Below are positions 8,403-15,345 of a stretch of DNA of 42,399 nt, one piece after another; within the stretch, counting starts at the first letter, position 1; the number at the start of each line of letters is the position of its first letter. The notes under the pieces were generated by a model, which was not told the DNA's origin, did no database searches, and saw only the letters and a program-made list of their open reading frames with translations. A program made the translations under genes and the position numbers. This stretch comes from an uncultured Candidatus Saccharibacteria bacterium (GTDB taxonomy: Bacteria; Patescibacteriota; Saccharimonadia; QS-5-54-17), in the NCBI GenBank assembly GCA_964415975.1, contig CAYQCN010000004.1:1-42399 (forward strand), read 5' to 3'.

Positions 8403-8430
8403 TTTATACAACAATTAGCAAAATTGGCAA
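8403..8430 (-). promoter_or_regulatory. Candidate promoter of the zinc-finger miniprotein gene: TTGCCA-N16-TATAAA (or TGtATAAAT extended -10)
   Basis: The hexamers were read on the minus strand. The -10 ends about 45 nt upstream of the TTG start, in an AT-rich stretch immediately before the GC-rich coding block. Confidence 0.55.
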
Positions 8431-8628
8431 TAGTAGATAAGTCTGGATAATTAAAAATAAGCGCTCAGAAGCACAGGAGGTGGGATGAACCTAGCTTAAA
8501 GTTGTAAGACTTGTAAAAAGTTGAAGCACAGCTCTGAGTTTATAATTTATGTCTTTTAACTTTTAGCTTTACAACTAACATCTCAAACCTAAAACCTAAA
8601 ACATAGAACTTGAATCTACACCCCTCGC

Positions 8629-8669
8629 TCTCGCTGTCAAGGTCCGACCTTGACAGCGGCTTGGTGAAG
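8629..8669 (-). repeat. REP-like palindromic intergenic element, copy 2 (core 8633-8657), inverted relative to copies 1 and 3
   Basis: The reverse complement reads CTTCACCAAGCCGCTGTCAAGGTCGGACCTTGACAGCGAGA, matching the copy 1 and copy 3 consensus. It begins 35 nt downstream of the stop of the 2-hydroxyacid dehydrogenase gene. Confidence 0.8.
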
Positions 8670-8691
8670 CCATTAACAAGACCTATTATTG

Positions 8692-9696
8692 TTATCTTAC
8701 GACATTTTGTGGTTCGTGCATGAGATATTTCTTGATATTCTCAGCAGTAGTATGCCTAATCCGTTGCAAGGCTTCTTTGCTGTTAAAGGCGTTGTGGGGG
8801 GTGATCAATACATTCGGCATGCGTAGCAACACATTGTGCTCAGCACTCATGACCAAATCTTTGGTGCTAGCGTCTGGATGAAGTAGCGCTACTTCTTCGT
8901 CAAACCGCAGCAACTGCTCTCCTTCTAGAGTGTCCAGACCGGCTGCCGCTATCTGGCCTGAATACAGGCCATCGATCAAAGCTTGAGCCTCGATTAGTTC
9001 GCCTCTAGCCGTGTTGATAATTACAACCCCTTTACGCATCTTGGCAATAGCCTCAGCGTTTATCATGTGATAATTATCACTATTAGACGGAGCATGCAGA
9101 CTCACAATGTGACTCCGCTCATAAAGTTCGTCTAACTCTACGAATTCAACTATACCGCTGCCGCGAGGCTTAGGGTCATATGCCACTACATTCATACCTA
9201 TCGCATCAGCTATTCTAGCTACATGCTCGCCTATGCGGCCCAAACCAATCAACCCCATTGTCTTACCCTCTAGATCAAAACCGGTAATCTCTTCATGATC
9301 TATTAACCTATCATTGACTTGTTGCATACTTTCACGAAGTCGCCTGGCAAGACTCATCAGCAGCATTATCGTAAACTCCGCCACTGTCGCCTCTCCATAC
9401 TCTGGCACGGTGCTGACTAAGACATGGTTGGCTTTGGCCGTTTTCATGTCTATATGGTCATAGCCGGTTGAGCGAGTCGCTATCATCTCTAGATTGGGCA
9501 GATAACTCAGGCATTTTTGGTTCACATCCGATGTGATAAATACCGATGCTATATCGACATCGCTGTATCTTTTGGCAGTCACCTGAGTTAAAGATTCCTC
9601 AGTGCAAACCACCTCTGCCTCGAACACGTTTTTAAATGTACGCTTAAAATAACGCTTTTCATCTCCATGAACATCAAAGAAAACAATTTTTCGCAT
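8692..9696 (-). CDS. D-isomer-specific 2-hydroxyacid dehydrogenase (D-lactate/glycerate dehydrogenase-like), NAD-binding
   Basis: 334-aa ORF with a GLIGLGRIGEHVA Rossmann motif. The catalytic region shows the family pattern VSLHAPSN...INTARG...D...E...ITPH. Substrate specificity cannot be determined from the sequence. Confidence 0.85.
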   Translation of the reverse strand: MRKIVFFDVHGDEKRYFKRTFKNVFEAEVVCTEESLTQVTAKRYSDVDIASVFITSDVNQKCLSYLPNLEMIATRSTGYDHIDMKTAKANHVLVSTVPEYGEATVAEFTIMLLMSLARRLRESMQQVNDRLIDHEEITGFDLEGKTMGLIGLGRIGEHVARIADAIGMNVVAYDPKPRGSGIVEFVELDELYERSHIVSLHAPSNSDNYHMINAEAIAKMRKGVVIINTARGELIEAQALIDGLYSGQIAAAGLDTLEGEQLLRFDEEVALLHPDASTKDLVMSAEHNVLLRMPNVLITPHNAFNSKEALQRIRHTTAENIKKYLMHEPQNVVR

Positions 9697-9768
9697 CAGA
9701 GGCCTCGCAAGTTTATGTATCTAGATACAGTCTAGCAAAAAGCTTGTGCTTATGCAGAGATAAATCAC

Positions 9769-10050
9769 CTAACGATATGACACATCAACATGGCTTATCA
9801 ATGCCAGCAAATCCTGTATAAAAGGCTCCTCTCTCTGGAGTTGATAGCACGTTCTCTGGCCGAAGCGCTCTCTCCTCACTACCCCTGCAAGTTCAAGCTT
9901 TTTCATATGCTGGGATACAGCCGGCTTCGAAAGCGACACGGCCTCGGCGAGCTCACCAACGCTAATATTTTCATACTGCTCCAATAAAAGTACCAGATTA
10001 AGCCTATTTCTATCGGCCAAGCTTTGAAATATATGCTGGAGTTCAATCAT
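9769..10050 (-). CDS. ArsR/SmtB-family winged-helix transcriptional regulator without the alpha3 metal-binding Cys motif
   Basis: It contains LADRNRLNLVLLLEQ...ISVGELAEAVSLSKPAVSQHMKKLELAGVV. The longest ORF extends to a GTG at 10101; I prefer ATG 10050 (MIELQHIF...) because it gives the usual family length. The start is uncertain. Confidence 0.75.
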   Translation of the reverse strand: MIELQHIFQSLADRNRLNLVLLLEQYENISVGELAEAVSLSKPAVSQHMKKLELAGVVRRERFGQRTCYQLQREEPFIQDLLALISHVDVSYR

Positions 10051-10134
10051 AATTAAGTAGTTGCTTATATGCTTAATAATAAACCATATTCGACCCAACA
10101 CCTCAATACAAAAACCAGGACACTGTGTGGAAAA

Positions 10135-10518
10135 CTAAAGGATGTCCCTGATTGCGCGCTCTACTTCATCAAAGAAATGGTCGAGCTGCTCGTGTCGCTT
10201 GTGGACGGTGTGCTTTACTCCTCGCTTTTTAAGTTTTTGGTTGAATGAGTCTACTGAAGATATAGATATGATTTTTTCTGGGCCGAATTTATCTATATCT
10301 AAGACATGAAATGTCCCGTCTGGCGCATTACGATCTAAAATAATTACATCATATGTTTCTGAGGTGTGCTCATTGACTATTTGCTCTACCTCTCTGCTCG
10401 TAGTGTAAACAGACACTTTAAGGCCATCACCGCAATCAGACTCAATAGCACCAAGCCTACTTAGCAAACCATCTACTATATAGTCTAAATCTTCTAATAC
10501 TAGAATGTGCTTCATCAT
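10135..10518 (-). CDS. Stand-alone CheY-like response-regulator receiver domain
   Basis: 127 aa with the receiver landmarks ILVLEDLD (acidic pocket), DVIILDRNAPDG (phospho-acceptor Asp), IISISS (Ser/Thr position) and VHK (Lys). There is no output domain, and no histidine kinase is present in the window. Confidence 0.7.
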   Translation of the reverse strand: MMKHILVLEDLDYIVDGLLSRLGAIESDCGDGLKVSVYTTSREVEQIVNEHTSETYDVIILDRNAPDGTFHVLDIDKFGPEKIISISSVDSFNQKLKKRGVKHTVHKRHEQLDHFFDEVERAIRDIL

Positions 10519-10581
10519 CTTTTTATTATATAGGCTCTAACTAATCTTGATAAATTTATATTTATATGTTATTAAATATAC
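10519..10581. promoter_or_regulatory. 63-bp divergent region carrying two back-to-back promoters, each with its -10 box 6 nt from an ATG (predicted leaderless mRNAs)
   Basis: Plus strand: TTGATA(10547-10552)-N17-TATTAA(10570-10575)-N6-ATG(10582). Minus strand: TTATCA-N17-TATAAT(10530-10525)-N6-ATG(10518). Neither side has an SD. Confidence 0.6.
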
Positions 10582-11130
10582 ATGGAAAAGCGCCAAGAAC
10601 CCACGCAAGGCAGCCTTCTAAAAACAGAGTTTTACTATCCAGCAACAGACTCAAACTCGTTTCCGGTCGAAGAGTACGCCGTAGCACCAGATGGTCAATA
10701 CGAAACTCACTTGAGCCAAGAAGTAGAAGAAAAGGAAACTGCCTATGATGAGGGGGTGGTGTTGCTTGAAGCGGCAATAGTAAGAAACATTGGTCAAGCA
10801 AGAAAGAGGCGAGGCTTTGTGTCTGAATCGCCCGAGGCCGTAAGAGCACAACACCAATCTGCAGCCGAAAGAGGCATTTCCAGACAGTTAGCTATCGGAC
10901 AGGCTGCAGTTAATGCCAATGAATTTGAAGCTAGAGCCAGGCAACTGTATGAAGAATGGTTTGAACTAAAGAGCGCTGAAATACCTGAAGAGGTAGACCC
11001 ACGCGACTACGTGCCTACCTTCGCTGAACTTGAAGATAAATATTTTGACGAGGATAATTCAAAAAATATCCGGGCTAAACTCTACCAAAAAGCAGAGGAA
11101 ATAAAGCTACGCAATAAACCCACTAGCTAG
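10582..11130 (+). CDS. Hypothetical acidic soluble protein
   Basis: 182-aa ORF in which I recognised no domain. It overlaps the 3' end of the convergent helicase-nuclease gene by 8 nt. Confidence 0.55.
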   Translation: MEKRQEPTQGSLLKTEFYYPATDSNSFPVEEYAVAPDGQYETHLSQEVEEKETAYDEGVVLLEAAIVRNIGQARKRRGFVSESPEAVRAQHQSAAERGISRQLAIGQAAVNANEFEARARQLYEEWFELKSAEIPEEVDPRDYVPTFAELEDKYFDEDNSKNIRAKLYQKAEEIKLRNKPTS

Positions 11131-14100
11131 CACCTGAGTTATTTTCTTTAAGCAAACGAGACTCCAATTCAATTACACCTTCTAAATCATCGCTATAATC
11201 TGAAACATCGGGAAAGTCTAGATTTTGTATGTGCCGCCACACTGTCATCACTAAATCTCTCATATAATCAATATCATCTTCTGATGGCTGATAAGTTTGA
11301 GAGAAGCGTATTTGGTTTTCGCTTTCTAGATAAACCATCTCACCAACAATCCTGTCCTGGCTTTTAGCAATACCGGACTCTAGCGCTAGTAAAGCATAAA
11401 AGATTAGCTGCAGACGATGCTTGCGGGCTTTAAGCCCATCTGACTTGCTGGTTGTCTCAAGGCTAGAAGGAGCGCCACCAGTCTTGTAGTCAATAATTCG
11501 CACCTCACCATCGCCAACACGGACTACATCCAGCTTGCCGCCAATACGCGCCTCGCCGATCCGAATGTCTCTTATGACTCGTTCGGGCTGGTCGCCTTTT
11601 TGCAAGACGATTCTTTGCTGGTCGATTAGCTCATGAAGCAGGCGGTGGCCTTTCTCGCTGTAGCGCTGTTTTTCATCTGGTTCAACCTGCTCATAATCAA
11701 GCTGCTTATCAAAGGCACCTATAGCTCCGTCGACCGAGAGTTTGTCTTGATTGGCTAGATGATGAGCAGCCTCAAGACCAGCATGAATAGCCGAGCCATA
11801 GGCTAGATGGGCAGACTTTTGCGAGGGAACACGAAGTAGATTCTGTTCAAAGAAATACTGCGGACCGCCAGAAGGAATGTCGAGAAAATTCTGTATGTGG
11901 GTTATTGATAGCTGGTAATCCTCTACCACAGGGCCGAGTAGATTGCGCATATCATCAGTATTCAGATGCGGCCAGCGCAGACTTGACTCTGCCGTCTCTA
12001 CAGCAGTCGATGAAGGCTCAGTTGGCACTGGCTCCACGTGCCGTATAAACGATGAGGCTAGCAACTGCTTACCCTGGTCGTTTTGTTTATAGCTAGTCAA
12101 AAAGAGATTTTTGCGCGCTCTAGTCATCGCTACAAACAGTAAACGGGCATAATCGTCTGGGCTGTCACCATGAGGTTGCATGGCATCTAGATTGGCCGGT
12201 GGTTTTTGCCCGCCACTCTTGGGGCTCCACTCCTTTTCAAGGGCGTCGATGATATAGACCTGATCAAACTCCAGCCCCTTGGCCGCATGGGCAGTCATAA
12301 GCTCTACCGGATTGTCTCCGCTTACAAATGTCGAGTGTTCAGATATGGTTACTCCATGACGCTGATTTAGGCGCATAAATTCAACAAATTGGGCCAGTGT
12401 CGGCTCATCCTTAGAAAATTCTGTCACCAAGCTTCTAAGCTTTTGCAAAGCGCTCAAAGACTCCATATAAAGCACGTCTCGCTCGCCGCCCAAATAATAA
12501 GAGCGGACTGAGAATTGGTAGCCCTCAACCTCACGCAGTCCAAGCAGATACTCGACTGTGATGGCAGCCGGCAACTCTCGGCTGACCTGGGTCAATCGGC
12601 TCAAAGCCTTGCCAAGAGCCGAAAACACCTCATATTCACTAGAGATTAAAGCTTCAAGCCAGCCAGATGACCTACGCATATCTACTGCCAATTTATAAGC
12701 TTCCATTGGGTCTGAGTTGAGCGACGGATGAACAATGAGCGTAGCAATCAGCTCATCTACTCTATCTTGCTTGCCTGCAGCGATCGACTCCACCAGCTCG
12801 GCAAGATCTACCAGTAGCGACACTATCGGGTGCTCCAGTATGTTCGAGCTTCGCTCATAACGCACCGGTACTGCATGTTGATGCAAAACGCTAGCTAGCT
12901 GCTCTAGGCTTTTATGACCCCGAGCAATAACTGCAATTGTGCCTACATCTTTAGATATAGACGATTTTACATGTTCGGCCACTCCGCTCAGTTGCTGGGC
13001 ATGAGATTCATATTGCAGATGAGTTATATCGCCAGCAGGGATATCTTGATTCTGAGCAGTAATCGATTTATCGAGATTGGGCCGAGTATCGACCAGCCGA
13101 TGTTCTATCAAGCTTGATACAACCCCAGCCGCATCCAAGACGGCCTGGTTCGACCGGTAGTTATCGGTCAATACTACCTCTTTTGTATCCTTAAACGCAG
13201 AGCTAAATGTGTCGACATTGCTCAGCTCGGCACCCTGGAAACGATATATCGCCTGATCATCATCACCTACCGCCATCACATTGGGCCGTCCTTCATGGAT
13301 AGGATTGTTTGCGATCAAGTAGGCTAGGCGAAACTGCGCGTCATTGCTGTCTTGAAATTCATCTATCATGATGTAGCTAAAACGCTCCTGCACTTCAGTT
13401 AGCAAGTCTTCTTTGTCTTGAAGCTGAGTAATTACCTCCAATATCATATCCGCATAATCAAAATAGCCGGCCTCATGTAGCTGGGACTGGTACTGCTCAT
13501 ATACCTCCGACAGTGCCACTAGACGCTCAGACCTAGCTTCATCTTTAAAGACTCTCTGACCATCCTTGGCAGTAGTCCACTCTTGCTTCCAGGCACTCAA
13601 AGGCTTAGTCGAGTCTTGCCTCTCAGCCTCATCAACTGCCTCAGCTAGCGACATCTTCATTACTTCGCTATAAGGTCGCAGGGGGACGGTGTAGCCACCA
13701 TAGCCCTCATCGGGCAGCTCATCAATCATCTGCCTGTAGCCAGGAATCGTTTTTTTGGACATGCGCTCATTAAGCAGGCCTTGAAACTGCTCTCTCGCCG
13801 ACTCCAAGTAAGCGATATTGGCATGGGCAACAGCGTGTAAGCGTCCGGCATTTAGCCCTGCTTTCTTAGCTTGATCTATGTCGGTCAATATCTCCTTAAC
13901 AAGCGTATAATGCCCTTTAAATTGCAAAGTCATGGGGTCATGTAAGGGGCGCTTGCTTAGAATCCCCTCTACAGTCTGGCGCTGAACAATCTCTGGTGCT
14001 GGCTGCAACTTAGCCCCATTCCAAAAATAGTGCGGGTAACTACTGATCAGCTCAGCACCAAGCCCATGAAAGGTCTTGACCACAATCTTGCGGGCTTCTG

Positions 14101-14338
14101 GGCCGATAAGATCAAGCATTCGGTCTTTCATGTTGGTAGCGGCCTTATCGGTAAAGGTCAGACACAATATATTACCCGGCTCCGCATCGGTATTTTTTAA
14201 AATGTTAGCCGCCCTAGCGCTAAGAAGCTGGGTCTTGCCGGTGCCTGGCCCTGCAATAACTAATAACGGACCATCGATAGTGTCGACTGCTAATTTTTGA
14301 GCTTCATTTAGCTGACTATGGACAGATTCAAAATTCAT
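11123..14338 (-). CDS. UvrD/PcrA-type superfamily 1 helicase fused to a C-terminal PD-(D/E)XK (RecB-like) nuclease
   Basis: The helicase motifs are AGPGTGKTQ (I), TFTDKAA (Ia), DEFQDSN (II), VGDDDQAIYRFQGA (III), DNYRSN (IV), AHAAKGLEFD (V) and VAMTRARKNL (VI). The C-terminal nuclease motifs are GKLDVV...IIDYKTG and QLIFYAL. The track ORF opens at TTG 14350; ATG 14338 is preferred because GAAGG lies 5 nt upstream. Confidence 0.9.
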   Translation of the reverse strand: MNFESVHSQLNEAQKLAVDTIDGPLLVIAGPGTGKTQLLSARAANILKNTDAEPGNILCLTFTDKAATNMKDRMLDLIGPEARKIVVKTFHGLGAELISSYPHYFWNGAKLQPAPEIVQRQTVEGILSKRPLHDPMTLQFKGHYTLVKEILTDIDQAKKAGLNAGRLHAVAHANIAYLESAREQFQGLLNERMSKKTIPGYRQMIDELPDEGYGGYTVPLRPYSEVMKMSLAEAVDEAERQDSTKPLSAWKQEWTTAKDGQRVFKDEARSERLVALSEVYEQYQSQLHEAGYFDYADMILEVITQLQDKEDLLTEVQERFSYIMIDEFQDSNDAQFRLAYLIANNPIHEGRPNVMAVGDDDQAIYRFQGAELSNVDTFSSAFKDTKEVVLTDNYRSNQAVLDAAGVVSSLIEHRLVDTRPNLDKSITAQNQDIPAGDITHLQYESHAQQLSGVAEHVKSSISKDVGTIAVIARGHKSLEQLASVLHQHAVPVRYERSSNILEHPIVSLLVDLAELVESIAAGKQDRVDELIATLIVHPSLNSDPMEAYKLAVDMRRSSGWLEALISSEYEVFSALGKALSRLTQVSRELPAAITVEYLLGLREVEGYQFSVRSYYLGGERDVLYMESLSALQKLRSLVTEFSKDEPTLAQFVEFMRLNQRHGVTISEHSTFVSGDNPVELMTAHAAKGLEFDQVYIIDALEKEWSPKSGGQKPPANLDAMQPHGDSPDDYARLLFVAMTRARKNLFLTSYKQNDQGKQLLASSFIRHVEPVPTEPSSTAVETAESSLRWPHLNTDDMRNLLGPVVEDYQLSITHIQNFLDIPSGGPQYFFEQNLLRVPSQKSAHLAYGSAIHAGLEAAHHLANQDKLSVDGAIGAFDKQLDYEQVEPDEKQRYSEKGHRLLHELIDQQRIVLQKGDQPERVIRDIRIGEARIGGKLDVVRVGDGEVRIIDYKTGGAPSSLETTSKSDGLKARKHRLQLIFYALLALESGIAKSQDRIVGEMVYLESENQIRFSQTYQPSEDDIDYMRDLVMTVWRHIQNLDFPDVSDYSDDLEGVIELESRLLKENNSGAS

Positions 14339-14367
14339 ATATGCCTTCAAGTATAACAGTCACTTAA

Positions 14368-14409
14368 GCCTCAAAAAGACAAATGAGCCACACAAAAGTG
14401 TGGCTCATT
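14368..14409 (-). terminator. Rho-independent terminator after the pilin-like gene
   Basis: It has a perfect 12-bp stem AATGAGCCACAC/GTGTGGCTCATT (14382-14393 and 14398-14409) with a 4-nt loop. On the minus strand it is followed by TGTCTTTTT. Confidence 0.8.
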
Positions 14410-14435
14410 GCAAATCGTCAGACTTTTGACGGCTA

Positions 14436-14681
14436 CTACTCGTCTAGCACTTCGTCTAAGTCACTAGAGTCTAGCTCGCCATCTAAATCTTCAGCCATGA
14501 GCTCATCCTCAGCCCGGTCTAAATCTTCTGCATTCTCAATAGTCACAGGCTCCGATGTTGGCTCCTCAACAGGCTCTTGCTCTGTAGTCCAAAATGCCCA
14601 AACGGCAAAGCCAATCAAAGCCACCAGAAACACCGTCAATAAGACCTCTATAACTGTAAAGCCATTATTCCTACTATTCAT
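14436..14681 (-). CDS. Short type IV pilin-like protein (prepilin N-terminal methylation motif) with an acidic, low-complexity tail
   Basis: It begins MNSRNNG|FTVIEVLLTVFLVALIGFAVWAF, a class III signal peptide with Gly-1, Phe+1 and Glu+5. About 50 Asp/Glu-rich residues follow. AGGAGG lies 6 nt upstream of ATG 14681, and the start overlaps the upstream gene stop by 8 nt. Confidence 0.75.
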   Translation of the reverse strand: MNSRNNGFTVIEVLLTVFLVALIGFAVWAFWTTEQEPVEEPTSEPVTIENAEDLDRAEDELMAEDLDGELDSSDLDEVLDE

Positions 14682-15279
14682 CGCCATCCTCCTCATCGCT
14701 ACTGCCACCTTCTTCTTGGTTGTCTTCGGCAGCTTCAGCGCGCAAGACTTGGATTAATCCTACTAGAGAGTCTCTGTAATTTCGCAGCTCATCTCGGGCC
14801 TCGCCGACAAGCTGTCTGTACCCATCAAGCTGGGCTCCTAGGCCGGGCTGATCGCAGTCTAGTTCCACTTCATAATCTCCAAGCGCATCGACTGCGGCTT
14901 CGGCCTCGGCTTGAGCTTCATCTACCTCGCCCGCACGTTCATCATAATCGGCAACACTCAGTTGGCCGTTATCATAGAAGCCTTCGACTCGCTCAAACAT
15001 ATCATCCATCACGTCTAGAAGCCTGAACGCAGATGTGGCCATTCGCGGCAAGACTTCCTCTAGTCGGTCTTGCTGGCGCTCACATACGTCTTGCCTGACT
15101 TGAGCTTGTCTTTCACTGGCCTCAGACTGAGCCCGTTCTCGCCTCTCTTGAGCACTTTCGCGAGCTTCTGCGCCTCTATCTGGCCCGCCAGCACTATCTG
15201 GTGCCTGGGCATGCAAAGGTGTAGACACCGCTAATGGCAGCATTAAGACTGCCATACTTAAAAAAGCTGTTAGTTTCAT
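14674..15279 (-). CDS. Secreted acidic hypothetical protein (signal peptide, helical/coiled-coil character, two Cys)
   Basis: 201 aa with the signal peptide MKLTAFLSMAVLMLPLAVSTPLHAQA. The body is rich in E, R, Q and A, and the C-terminus is an acidic tail (EEGGSSDEEDGDE). The gene is visibly GC-richer than its neighbours. Confidence 0.65.
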   Translation of the reverse strand: MKLTAFLSMAVLMLPLAVSTPLHAQAPDSAGGPDRGAEARESAQERRERAQSEASERQAQVRQDVCERQQDRLEEVLPRMATSAFRLLDVMDDMFERVEGFYDNGQLSVADYDERAGEVDEAQAEAEAAVDALGDYEVELDCDQPGLGAQLDGYRQLVGEARDELRNYRDSLVGLIQVLRAEAAEDNQEEGGSSDEEDGDE

Positions 15280-15345
15280 TTTAGTATAAGCTCCTTATGC
15301 TTATTATTTATAGCTACATAATACATGCATGAGTATATTTTTCAA

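Noticed and set aside
8066-8450. Track ORFs 8066-8251 (-, 61 aa) and 8142-8450 (+, 102 aa) covering the GC-rich island
   Set aside because: Both are Ala/Arg/Cys-rich translations with no domain pattern, SD or promoter. They are most simply explained as open off-frames of the GC-rich zinc-finger miniprotein gene at 8211-8357, whose frame shows a periodic CxxC pattern plus an SD and a promoter.
8476-8499. Strong SD (AGGAGGTG) followed by a 4-codon ORF, ATG AAC CTA GCT TAA
   Set aside because: The spacing between the SD and the ATG is only 1 nt, and the ORF has just 4 codons, so there is no basis for calling a gene. It is mentioned only as part of the odd spacer.
8585-8603. The tandem AACCTAA repeat as a CRISPR array or other repeat array
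   Set aside because: Only about two to three 7-nt units are present, with no spacers and no repeat of CRISPR length. I saw no cas genes and no CRISPR-like arrays anywhere in the window.
14383-14757. 124-aa Ser-rich ORF on the plus strand
   Set aside because: It lies antisense to the pilin-like gene and to the end of the secreted-protein gene. Its Ser-rich low complexity is the mirror image of the Asp/Glu-rich codons on the other strand, and it runs through the terminator hairpin.
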